Part shown: piece after piece, positions 38,712 through 50,688 of the stretch | Numbering within the stretch: position 1 is the first letter of the stretch | Layout: every line of letters starts with the position of its first letter | NCBI RefSeq assembly: GCF_001194135.2 | Contig: NC_068993.1 | Span: forward strand, 11,480,497-11,538,500 | Reading direction: 5' to 3' | Source: Octopus bimaculoides | Lineage: Eukaryota | DNA: 58,004 bases | Made by a program: the position numbers and the translations under genes | Notes under the pieces: model-generated | What the model saw: only the letters and a program-made list of their open reading frames with translations | Told to the model about the DNA's origin: nothing | The model's database searches: none

Positions 38712-39579
38712 TATATGCATGTATGTATATATGTATGTATATATGTATGACTCAATGCATGTTTATAAAATATGTGTGTGCATTTGCGGGCGTACATGTG
38801 TGTGTATTTACGTATATGTGAATACGTGTCTATGCATATATACATATGTAATATACATATGTCTTCATACATATGTCTTCATACATATACCCATATGTAT
38901 TTAATTATCTTCATAAACATATGCGTATATACATGCACAACTGTCCGCATATAAGCAGTACATACGCGTGTATATGTTTGTATACGTACATTCATAGTTA
39001 CATAAATAAATACATACCTGCATGCATACATACATACATGCATACATACATACATGCATACATACATGCATACATACATACATACATACATACATACGGT
39101 GCACGTATATATTTATAGTACTTAATTTTAAATTACGTGGAAAATTATTGATTACCTACCCTTTTAGGGCAATTATAATTAAAAAATTAATTAAACTCTG
39201 ATAACTGAAATGTCCTTTCAGCGGGCGGAAATATTCACATTCTGATTGGACTATTAGTGCAATATAATTACTTGAACGTTTGCGTGTTATTTTTGGACAG
39301 ATCTGTTAATTAATCTGGACGGTGACCCATTTTATAAACAGTATTCTCGCGATAAACGGTGTAAATTACTTTATAACGTCGATTTTAGCCATACTATATA
39401 TAATATAGAGTAATATGCAGTAATGGAAAATGAAGTAAAATACATTTATGCTATGAAAGGATATATTTGGATTATAGATGGATGTTTAATACGATTAGAA
39501 TAGAGCGTATGAAAATAATTCCATTACCAAATATGTAACCTTCACTTTGTTTTTCATTTTCTTCATACAATATACTAGC

Positions 39580-39810
39580 TTGTTAAGGCGTCGAGCTGGC
39601 AGAAACGTTAGCACGCCGGGCGAAATGCTTAGCGGTATTTCGTCTGTCTTTACGTCCTGCGTTCAAATTCCGCCGAAGTCGACTTTACCTTTCATCCTTT
39701 CGGGATCGATAAATTAAGTGTAAGATCTTAAGTAAATTAAGTATCAGATCTAATGAACTGTCCCCCTCCCCAAAATTTCGGGCTCTGTGTCTAGAATAGA
39801 AAAGATTATA
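39580..39810 (+). mobile_element. Near full-length tRNA-derived SINE
   Basis: aaggcgtcgagctggcagaaacgttagcacgccgggcgaaatgcttagcggtatttcgtctgtctttacgtcctgcgttcaaattccgccgaagtcgactttacctttcatcctttcgggatcgataaattaagt...cccctccccaaaatttcgggctctgtgtctagaatagaaaagattat; carries A-box- and B-box (gttcaaattcc)-like motifs. Confidence 0.9.
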
Positions 39811-39919
39811 CTATCTTGTTAAAGAATGAGTGGTTTGTTAAGCAGACTGTAGTTGCGCTGTCTTGTTATGTTAAAAGGTCTTGTAATCACTTGAGTTAAG
39901 GCATACAATTGCATTCGTT

Positions 39920-39991
39920 GAACACGAAATATTGGGGTTAGTAGCCCGCGCTCTTAACCACTACGCCATATGCCCGTGGCGTAGTGTTTAA
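39920..39991. mobile_element. tRNA-like SINE head with an inverted partial duplicate (hairpin)
   Basis: Minus strand reads gggcatatggcgtagtggttaagagcgcgggctactaaccccaa (A-box TGGCGTAGTGG). ttaaccactacgcca (39954-68) pairs 14/15 with tggcgtagtgtttaa (39977-91). Confidence 0.6.
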
Positions 39992-40155
39992 GTATGTGCA
40001 TCGACAGCTGAAACACATACTTAAGAACAACGGGGATTTTTTTAACTCCGAAAGGCTTGTGTTAGCAACCGGTGTCAACTGTAGAGTTCAAGTCAGTTGC
40101 TAACCAAAGGACAAGACTTGGAATTAAAAGCGACATACATACATTTGAAACTGAC

Positions 40156-40256
40156 CATTTGTGAATGCAAAGCATCGCACTCCACATGACCAGCATTATA
40201 CTCGGTGTATGCCAAATCGAATATGTACAGATGTAGCATGATAGTGGTGAAGAGAG
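40156..40256 (-). CDS. Candidate exon, possibly the end of a signal peptide plus mature N-terminus
   Basis: gacaattttactAG|CT CTC TTC...CAA ATG|GTCAGT (alternative donor GTATGT at 40142). Reads LFTTIMLHLYIFDLAYTEYNAGHVECDALHSQM; a second frame is also open. Confidence 0.35.
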
Positions 40257-41659
40257 CTAGTAAAATTGTCATATAGTCGAATGACGGGAGTGAAAATACT
40301 ATAGTTATTGGTTTTATTAACTTAAAATGTATGAAAGATAATCAAACATTAAATAAATTCCCTATGGCTTATAGATAATAAACAACACTATATAAAGGAA
40401 GACAGATTCGGAAATGCAGTATTGTTCCACTCATCTGGCAGGTTTTTTACGCTTAGAAATGTTTTCTGTTACGTGTTTTGTATATTAAGAAAAGCATGCA
40501 AATGTTCTTTTTGCGAATATATGTTTGTAAGTTTGTGCATTTGCGTACAATTGTAGTAAATGAATGCGTACGAATTATGTGTGCATCTCAATGTGAATCT
40601 GAAGCAACGACTTTAGTATCATGCACGTGGATTTTTATCGTTTCTGTAACAAGTGAAATGCAAACATCACGAAATAGGTAATATAATATATATTCTTTTT
40701 ATAGTCGATCCAATTTAATGATTAAAAATACTTGTAACACTATATCTAAGACGAAACAAAAATATATTAAATACAGACAAGGATTTGGGAACAATTTCTT
40801 GAGAAAACCATTAAGTGTATTACTCTTTAGATTCATGTATTCAATCAGATGATTGATTAATCCCTAGCCGCGAGGGATTAAAAAATAAAATAGGCGCGTT
40901 GCTAGTGTAGGAAAATGGAAAGAAATAGTTCTGGGATAAATATAACCAAGGAGCTCATAAAACAACTGATGATTTTATAAATAGATCAATGTAAGGCACT
41001 GTTGCCTTAGGCTTCGTAGTGCTAAGCAAATAACAATTGCATTAGTTTATATACATATTGTAGTAGATTTCTTGTGATACGGGGGAAAAAAATGTCTTTG
41101 ATGGGATTCTATTTTCTACTTTTGATATTTCGCTAAATTTTCGGCTAGGTAAGCAACAGGAAGAAGAAAAAAAATTGATGAGAGAATTACGAAACAAAAA
41201 CTATCATAGATACAGGGAAATTTGCATATGTTTTTCCTTGTGGGATTCGCTAGAGACAAACGCAATCTGGTTTATATATTTTAACGCAGTTTTGACTTAG
41301 AATAACGTTTATTTAAAGTTCGTTATAACTGTAATGCATTTGAGAGTGTTTCATTTTCGAAAGCCAATATTTTAAGTCATTAGAGAAGCTATGATGAGGG
41401 ACGAAAATCGAGGTTTTCTTATGAAACAAGTACGTAAATAGATTATGACATATATGAGGAATGTGAAACATATAAACGCAAATTAAATCTTACAGGTCTT
41501 CTAAAATTCATTGCATTCAGTGGCGCATGATAGATGCATACACTTTTATTGAAAACAAAACATACGTGTGTCATGGTTACAGCTAAAACTGCGAGACACT
41601 TGCGGAGTCAACAGCCTTAGCAGAGTCAATGTTGGCCGTGCGTAATCTAGGGAGGTGCG

Positions 41660-41860
41660 TAACTTAGTGGTTAGAGGGTTGGACGCATGGACGTAAGATT
41701 TTGGTTCCGATTCCTGGACCGGGCCACACGTTGTGTTCTTGAGCAAACACTTCCTTTTACATTGCTCCATTCCACTAGCTGGCATAAACGAATAATCTTG
41801 CGGTGGATCGGCGTCCAGATCAGGTGGGGAATTTTTATACTCCATGGTGCGACTCGGGAA
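41660..41860 (+). mobile_element. tRNA-derived SINE (fourth family)
   Basis: ttagtggttagagggttggacgcatggacgtaagattttggttccgattcctggaccggg...gttgtgttcttgagcaaacactt...ttgctccattccactagctggc; tRNA-like head plus conserved SINE body. Confidence 0.7.
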
Positions 41861-42994
41861 GGAAACTTTACCTTACCTTTTATATGTACGCGAGAAAGAA
41901 ACGTTCTTATAGTTAGTGACATTTATATTCGTTTAACGGGTGGAAGGTGCATAATACATTTCATCTTGCTGTTGTGGGATTTTAGGAGAAAAGTGAATTT
42001 CGAAAGAGGAAGATTTCAACGCTAAACGAAATGTAGTGACTTCTTTTCAAATAATTCCAGTTTCGAATTCCAGTTTGTTCATTCTAAATTCCGAATTGCT
42101 TTTATCTATCACAACTATCGAATGTCCAGGAATTACAGTAGAAATCACTGTCCCACGCCGCTGTAGATTTGGAATAAAAGCAAAGTATAGATGCGAACGC
42201 AAATATTTCACCAAACTAGTGTGCCTGTTCCTGTAACATGTATACACACACAAACACAAACACACACATACATGCAGATATACACACATGCAGACATACA
42301 CCAACACTATCCGACATACACGGACATATACATGCACGGATAAATCCATTAATATATTGATCGTTAGATGTTCTTATGTATCTGTTTTTTGCGATTAAAT
42401 TTGATTTTTATCGTGAGAATCGACATAAACATATGTGAAGCTATGTCGTGTATATATATATATATATACGTGTGTGTGTGTGATTGTGCGTATGGGGTGT
42501 GTGTGTGTGAGTGTACGCTGGTCTGCGTGTGTGTGTAAGTACATATATATATATATATGGTTAAGTATGTATAATGTACGTGTGTTCGCATGTGCGTGTG
42601 TACATCGCCTGAGAGAATGAATATTTTGAAAGATAGGATTAATTATAGAGAAATAAGTATTTGTAGACGTATTATCGTGATAGAAAATAAAGAGAATGTT
42701 TACAGGGAATATATTAAAAAATCGAAAGTCGTGTCATCTTGGATATGTATAAAATATTCAAATTCAAATGAATATGATGTCTATATTCTTGAGTTAATTA
42801 AAGAAATGTACGTGTGTGTGGGTTATAAACATACACATATATCAATGTAGATAAACATTTATATTTAGATAGATAACAACATATGTATATGTATATATAT
42901 ATNNNNNNNNNNTATATATATATCAGCTTAAGTATTTATATACATGTCTCACTATAGACAAATAATTAGACACACACACATTCTCTGACACACA

Positions 42995-43750
42995 CATAAT
43001 GCGGTTTTGTTTATAATTCTTTTATTTTTCAATATTAAGATAAACAAAGTTCTTTTTTAGTCTAAAATATACTCTCCTTCATTTCCTACAATGCTGTTCT
43101 ATCTGTCTAGCAGACATGCAAGGCCCCTCTTCACTTGTCCGTGACGAACAATAATTCATTCACACTGTTCTGACCTCTTCTATAGAATTCATATTTTTCC
43201 CATCCAAATGATTTCGGAGAAGGCGGATAAATGATAATTAGATGGGGAAACGTCCGGCAAATATCGTCGGTGGGGTATCGTTTCCGATTCAAAGTGCTCG
43301 GGCCTTTAAAATGTCATCCTCCCTGTATGTAGCCGAGCATTATGCTGATGGAAGAACACCTCTCGTCTTGAAACCAAAGATGGCCATTTTTCGTAAGCCA
43401 CTCGAGTCGCTCGCAACAGAACTTCTTTGTTATTGTTTGGTCTGGGTTTAAAAGTTCAAAGTGGAGTAAACCTTTCATATCCCACCAAAAAGATACCAAC
43501 ACATTACATGGGTGAAGACCTTCTTTAGTCTGGGATACCGGTCAGTCTCCTTTCCCTACCCACTATCTTTGGCGCTTAAGATTTTTATAGAGAACCTATT
43601 TCATAAGGGTAGAACAGTGCGAAAACAGCTTTATTGTGGACAGTTTTTTTCAGACTGGCAGTTGAATGTTAAATATCATTGAACAAAGCCCTGAGAAACA
43701 CTCGACAGCCGGTTGTTGGGTGCTCTTACAGAATTAAACGGAACAAGGCA
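42995..43750 (-). mobile_element. Mariner transposase relic (catalytic half)
   Basis: Minus strand: ...VLYKNLKRQR*WVG...LVSFWWDMKGLLHFELLNPDQTITKKFCCERLEWL..., then a degenerate H-H-N-A-R (DNARPH equivalent) and ...LRNHLDGK. Same family as 48458-49319. Confidence 0.85.
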
Positions 43751-43789
43751 AATCGAGAGGTCTGATACGTGAAATATATAATAACAATA

Positions 43790-44425
43790 ATCATAATCCT
43801 TTCTACTATATGCACACACCCTGAAATTTTGGGGGAGAGGGTAAGTCGACTACATCGACTCCCGTGCGAAACTGCTGCTAATTTTATCGACCGCGAAAAG
43901 ATGAAAGGCGAAGTCGACTTCAGTGGAATTTGAACTCAGAATATCAAGGCTCGCCGCCTTGATAATGATAATAATTATATTAATAATAATAATAATCCTT
44001 TTTACTAGAAGCACAAGGCCTGAAATTTGGTGGGAGGGGACCAGTCGACTACATAGACTCCAGTGTTTCACTGGTACTGAATTTATCGACCCCGAAAGGA
44101 TGAAAGGCAATGTCGACGCTGGCGGAATTTGAACTCAGAATATAGCGGTTGAGGAAATACGGCATTTCGCCCGTCGTGCTAACGATTCAGCCAGCTTGCC
44201 GCCTTAATGATAATGGTTCCAAATTTTGCTACAAGGGCAGCAATTTTAGGGGAGGAGTGAGTCAATTGCAACAACTCCACTGTTCAACTGTACTTATTTT
44301 ATCGACCGCGGAAGGAGGGCAAGCAAAGTCAACCTCGGCGCAATTTAAACTTAGAACGTAGCAGCGAGCGAAATACCGCTAAGCATTTCACCCAGCGCTC
44401 TACCGATTCTGCCAGCTTGCCACTT
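43790..44425 (-). mobile_element. Cluster of three co-oriented SINE copies
   Basis: Three successive blocks (about 43790-43960, 43995-44200, 44205-44425), each with tttatcgacc.cgaaaggatgaaaggc.aagtc.acc..ggcggaatttgaactcagaa, separated by (AAT)n tails. Confidence 0.88.
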
Positions 44426-45224
44426 TGATGTTAATGATAATTATATCCGACTTTATTTTCTAATCTTAAACTTATTGACCAGCATTCTCCTCTTGATTAG
44501 AAATGTACACGAAATACAAAGGGTCTCGCGCAATCACTACGACAGACATGTGCACTAATTGTAGGTATATTTGTAGGTATGTGACTATCTGTTTATACAT
44601 TCTTATTCGCAGTCATACACAGATATTAAACACACACACACACATACACACACAAACACACATACCCACATATGTAATGTATGCATGTATGCTTATATAT
44701 TGTAAGCGACACGGGGATATATAAATTGATAGATAGATATGGTTATTTATTGTTATGCAAATGGCGATTCTTGTAAAACCTCATAAATATTGAAGGTTTC
44801 GTAATATTATGTAGAAACTTGATTAGGTTGAAACATGCTTTGAGCAGGTTATTTTATATATGTTTTCCTGCGAGGTGGGTTGAATTTTGATGTCGTAGTG
44901 ATGTAAATAATGTGATAAGGATTCTAAAAAGAAATTGAAAACGCTGAAAAATATCTACTGTATGTATTAATAAAGCAGATGTAATGCAAACAGAAGACCG
45001 AATCGAAAAGTAAACATACTAAAAATAATAAGAAAGGCAACAGGCACACCAGCCATTACTGAGAATAATCTAAATACTCGATGTCCCTGTTCATATTTGT
45101 GCTGTTTTATTGTTGTTAATAGGATTGGAGAATTTAAATGCTTGTACGTAACTTGTAGAGATGTACACACAGATGATGAATTAATAAATTCCCCAAAGGA
45201 TGGAATAGAATGCCTCGCATTATA

Positions 45225-45720
45225 TGTCTTAACCTTCGAAATCTGAGTTCAAATCATAAGCAACCAACGTTGCCTTTCATTCTTTTCAAAATCGGAAAAC
45301 AAAACGGAGAATAGACTAGCGTAATGGCTGGCTGGAAATGTAACATCGTCAGACAGGATTCCTTGCAGTTTCAATTCGAGTTCTGAGGACAATGTTTAGG
45401 ATGTCAGTGATACCAAGCTATATCTGCCACGGTTTTCAATGAGACATCATCACTGCGTGCACACATAAATGCTAGACTTCCGAAAACATTTCCAAGAATA
45501 CAATTGCAGAGGACTTTAGAAATACAGAATTCTACATTTAGTCAAGTGGGTTATAAAGTTTGAACAATGTACGGGGCTTCTGCCCTCTTTGTGTTCAAAT
45601 TCCTGAGTATGATAGACTTTGCCTTTCATTCTTTCGGGGTCTATAAAATTAATATCAGCTAAGAGATGGGGGTCAATGTATTTGACTTGACCCCTCGCTT
45701 GAAGTTACTGGCATTCTAAT
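45225..45720 (+). mobile_element. Two degenerate SINE fragments (~45225-45300 and ~45580-45720)
   Basis: ctgagttcaaatc...gttgcctttcattcttttc and gttcaaattcctgag...gactttgcctttcattctttcggggtctataaaatt...ggggtcaatgtatttgacttgacccct. Confidence 0.7.
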
Positions 45721-46195
45721 ATTTTTCTCTGGACTTTCATCATCCAGGATTGACTAACGAAGTATAACTTAACTATAATCGATAACACACTTTTTAAATA
45801 TGCGATACAATGTTTGTTATGACTAATATTTGTTATTTTCATAAATAGCTTTAAAATATTGTTACATATTCTCTTATATACAAATGATATGTTTATATAT
45901 TTAACTATAAGAAATGTTTTGCTACCCGACGAGATAAGGAGTCGTCATAGCAACATTTACTAGATTAACTCTTCATTCTGAGGATTCCCTCCAGCATTCA
46001 GCAACGATGACGTCTAGTTCTGCAACTTCTCACGACGAATACAATGACTCATTACACGTTTGCACTTACGATACAAAATGAACGCATGCTGATTATTTGA
46101 AATGGCATCATATTTATTACGTCATTCAGTTAGAACTAGGGGTTCCATATAGGGATGTATGTATGTATACATATATACATACATACATACATACA

Positions 46196-46244
<49 letters not shown>

Positions 46245-46782
46245 NNNNNNNNNNNNNNNNNNNNNNNNNNNNNNNNNNNNNNNNNNNNNNNNNNNNNNNN
46301 NNNNNNNNNNNNNNNNNNNNNNNNNNNNNNNNNNNNNNNNNNNNNNNNNNNNNNNNNNNNNNNNNNNNNNNNNNNNNNNNNNNNNNNNNNNNNNNNNNNN
46401 NNNNNNNNNNNNNNNNNNNNNNNNNNNNNNNNNNNNNNNNNNNNNNNNNNNNNNNNNNNNNNNNNNNNNNNNNNNNNNNNNNNNNNNNNNNNNNNNNNNN
46501 NNNNNNNNNNNNNNNNNNNNNNNNNNNNNNNNNCATGTTTATGTATATATGCGTGTATATATATATATATATACATACCTAGACACCCACATATATATAT
46601 GTATGTGTATACACACACGCACACACACCTACACGTGCGTGTAAATCCTAATTTACTTGTTTCATACTCACTCTTCAAATATATTTGAAAATACCTCCTT
46701 AACTATCATCCTCTTCATTCTTAGTGGTCTTCTCCTCAATGAATTATTTCGAGTGAAATTTTGTTATATTTGATGTAATTAC

Positions 46783-47012
46783 CGGTGATTGGAAATAAAC
46801 GAGGAATATTTGTTGGAGCGTTGGTACAAATAATGACGAGAAATTGCGTGAATTAATGACTTGGATGACGACAACCAGTATGCCGCAGTCAGTTCAAGGC
46901 AGGTTACCACGTTCATTGGTTCAAGGTTTGCTCAGGAAGCCTCTGCCGCATTCCGACGCCGAGTCCATTGACATTGTATATGATAAAAATCATCGTAATT
47001 GTGCAAATACCA
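46783..47012 (-). other. GC-richer exon-like segment: minus-strand AG/GT-bounded 230 nt with one in-frame TGA, or alternatively an ~80-codon open frame on the plus strand (46799-47041)
   Basis: Minus: ggtttcAG|TGG TAT...CAC CG|GTAATT reads WYLHNYDDFYHIQCQWTRRRNAAEAS*ANLEPMNVVTCLELTAAYWLSSSKSLIHAISRHYLYQRSNKYSSFISNH. Plus: ...VGTNNDEKLRELMTWMTTTSMPQSVQGRLPRSLVQGLLRKPLPHSDAESIDIVYDKNHRNCANTTETY. Confidence 0.3.
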
Positions 47013-48457
47013 CTGAAACCTACGTAATTTACCATCAGTAGGGACGCGAAATGGCAGTCTAAATGAAATTTTGTATCACTAATCTTCACAGGTTATAAGT
47101 TCAGTGTAACTGCATTTGCAACGATGTCTATGCTTCCACGCAAGCTATTTTATTTCAAGCAATTTTTAATTCAACCATATGTTTGTAATATGAAGTAAAC
47201 TCATAACAATATGATAATTTGAAGAATTGTTGTCTAGAATAAATATTTATGGTTCAGCTATGGCACATAATTATAACGAAAATTATGCATACATTGTAAT
47301 TGCACATGTTTATTAAAATATTCGACGAAAATTTAATGTCGCTTATTAAATGCTAGTCGCTTGACTGCGACAAGGTTTCAATTTCCTAATAAAACCCTTC
47401 ATTTTATTTAAGCTACCCCGCGGAATATAGAGAAAAGCATAAACGTGTTTTAAATGCATAAAGCGACGTGGAGAATTGCCTGAGCTGTTGTAATCTTATT
47501 TGCCAATGTATTTTCCATTCCCAGTTGTATGTATTTCAATGATGCTGCTAATGACCTCAGAATGGTTTGAACGTTTCCTTCCTACCACTCACTGTCATTT
47601 ATAAAATTATCTTTTAGGAAATATATATTAATATTTGCTTTTTAAAAAAATGCAAATTTTTATGGTTGGACACCACTGTAGATTATACGTGGTATATTTA
47701 ATTATGTGATAAAAAATGTAATTGCAATTATTAAAACATTTAAAATTCCATCGTATATCATATATCATGTTTAATGATCTGACACAATTTTTATACAAGT
47801 TATTCATTAAGTAAACGTTATGCATCACAAGTCGAATTTTATGATGTCTTGAAATTTATAAAAAAAGCAAACAAACAACTAATCATTAATTAATGTAAGT
47901 AAATTATTATATCATCAAAATGTAGTCAAATTTTAACCACAGATTAATCGGCAAAGATTTTGTTTTCTTTCATTTCTCCATATAATGTATTCTATATGAA
48001 AGATTTTTAGCAGTAATGTTTCTTTAAATTTTATAGTAGACTTACAGCTTTAACTACCACGTTACATATACTTCCGTGAGCTGAGAGTGTGAATTTAAAA
48101 GTCCCATATCTCGAGATGCCATTCGATGAAAATATAGTAAGAGTTATAAACCGGATTCAATTCAAGCTCATGGAATTTAATTGATGCAAATTCAATTCGC
48201 TTGCATCAAAACTTACGCGGTTATAATCTGTGACTATAACATTTCCCAATGCACAAAGCCTGTTATGTTTGTTAATGTCTTTAGTGATAGAAACTATCTG
48301 AAATCGTGCAAAATGAGAGGACCAGTATTTGATACAGCTTCTCATTTACGATAAATTTGAAAGTAAAATATAAAGAATCATACTGTGTTAAATAGAGAAC
48401 TTGTTATCAACTACAGTTAAAAATATCACTGAAAAATTTAGACAGCAGAACGAATAC

Positions 48458-49319
48458 ATTGGGTCATCCCATAAATAATGCAGTTCTTTTATACTTTTAT
48501 TTTTCATTAATCTAAAATATGCTCTCCTTCAATTTTCACAATGCTCTTCTGTTTATCTGGTAGAGTTGCATGGTACTTCTTCCAAGATTCTCCTGTCCGT
48601 GACGAAACATACTCTCCCAGACCACGTCTACAAAATTCATGATTTTGAAGAATGCGGAATAAATGATAATCAGATGGGGCAATATCCGGCGAATATGGTG
48701 GGTGAGGGGCATCATTTCCCATTCAAACTGCTCCAGCCTTTACAATGTCATCCTCGCTGTATGTGGCCGAACATTAATCCTGATGGAAGAACACATTTCA
48801 TCTTGAAACCAAAGATGGTCGTTTTTTCTAGTTCAAATATTGATGAATGGTTGAATGACCAAATCCAAGCGTCTCAGCCTATTCCTCAGTAGTTACGATG
48901 TCATTCTGTTCCACCAGGGTTTGTAGGACGTCCTCGTTGAGCTCTACAGATGTTCGAGGACGAGACTCTAAGCTGTAGTTTCCGCTTCGGAATTTCTGGA
49001 ACTCCCATTGACACTGGCTTACGCTTATTGTCCGACCCTATATACTGCATTAATTCCTCGCACATTCAGTTGCGTTGTTGCTTTTCTTGAACACATAAAA
49101 CCAACTATGCTGAATATGTTCCTTTGTCACTTCCAGTATAGCTTTGAAAAAATAACTGTTAAAATCGAACTGCACTCTTCAAAATTTGTACTAAGAATAA
49201 GTACCAGGTATCATTATTACCTGCCTTTATAGCAAGTTGATGCAGGTAGTTTATCTCGTTCGCCTCCGACTTTTAGTTCACGCAATTGAAGAACTGCATT
49301 ATCTATGGAATGACCCAAT
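48458..49319 (-). mobile_element. Internally deleted mariner element with both ~30-bp TIRs
   Basis: Left TIR attgggtcatcccataaataatgcagttct (48458-87) versus the reverse complement of the right end (attgggtcattccatagataatgcagttct, ending at 49319 before the TA). Minus strand encodes the N-terminus (EVTKEHIQH...KFRSGNYSLE...ELNEDVLQTLVEQN...LGFGHSTIH) fused almost directly to the C-terminus HPPYSPDIAPSDYHLFRILQNH. Confidence 0.93.
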
Positions 49320-50597
49320 ATTTGAAATACCTAATTTGGAGAAAAAAGAGCAAGATTGAGAGGTGACATAAGAACGGTTTCATGCTGATTGTTCACTTAC
49401 GCCAGCGAACTGTGAGCATGCTGGATCACTGCCATTAAAGGGTACACGTATAATTCCTACGATCTCCAAGTGGTCGGCCATTTAACTACCAACTAGACTC
49501 GAAGTTGCTTAACATTAGAGATCAGTCGAAAACCGCTACGTTTAACATTATGTCCAAATATTCAACTTAACTATCACTGTGAAATCATCAAATCTTCTAT
49601 ATAGTCTTTCGTTAAATGTAGTATCTCTTTGTCATGAAGGAATGGAGGAATGAAAGATTGATTAGCTTAACTTTCATGCGAACGGTAGCAAAATTTGCAG
49701 AAGAAGGATTTATAATGTATTTTCGATTTTCAATGTTGGCATTTCATTTCCAACTAGGAAAGGATATGAATGCTTTTATCCTACTTCTCATACTTCAAAT
49801 GCATGGGCTTCGTCACCAAGTCAAAATAATAGTTCAGATTATGACAAACCCTGATTTGAAATATTAGCGTTCTTCGCAAACAATGAAAACTTTATCCATG
49901 GTTGCAATTATTTTCCTATAATTAGCTATCTCAGTCTGCGGCGAATTAATCAAATACTCTGTTATTCCTTAATTAAAATAGGTTTAGTAGAAGATAATAA
50001 ATGGTAGAGGAATTTTTTCCAATGGAATATAAGTTTGTATTCTCAAAAATATCTAAACGCCTTTAGCTATTATGATTGTGAAAGTGTGTGTGCTGTGGTT
50101 ACAGCTTTTAGGCTCATGACTACATTTTCTTGGGTTCGATTACGGAGACACGTTGTACTTTATGCTTGAGTAATGCTTTCATTTTACGCTATGCAGTCAG
50201 TTGAAAATTAATACCAACCTCGTTTACTACTCCAATTCACACTCCATCGAAATTTCGCAGGTATAATGACTAGAAAGGCAACAGAGACAGCGTCTGTCCT
50301 CGATCACATAAAGTTTAGTGCAATTAGGTAAAATATGGCACTTCCGAATGGCGTTTATGCGAGAAATGAATTTTGTTTTTCTTAATGTTATTTCTATGTC
50401 ATCATTATGGCTTGCAATCTTAAACATTTAGGAGCATGAAATCTTGATTATCGCTCGGGATAATTATTAGTTGTCTGTTCTAAAAAGCATATGAAAACTT
50501 GGACGCAGTTAATTCTAGTACATTCGCCTTTCTTATCAATATATCGACATGTAACTTTAATATGATGCATATTCCTATATAAGCGAACTAGTTTGAC

Positions 50598-50688
50598 AAT
50601 TGTCATACAAATTAGATACTGTGTATTGTAGGAGAATTGTTATACAAATTAGATACTGTGTATTGTAGATACTGTGTATTGTAGGAGA
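50598..50688. repeat. Nested short tandem duplication (37-bp unit x2, with the inner gatactgtgtattgta x3)
   Basis: aattgt(c/t)atacaaattagatactgtgtattgta(ggag) read directly. Confidence 0.9.

Noticed and set aside
44967-45170. TM-like minus ORF (FSVMAGVPVAFLIIFSMF)
   Set aside because: No credible acceptor; hydrophobic translations are common in T-rich DNA.
46900-47010. YNVNGL motif suggesting an AP-endonuclease N-terminus
   Set aside because: The frame stops 15 codons later and no other APE motifs follow.
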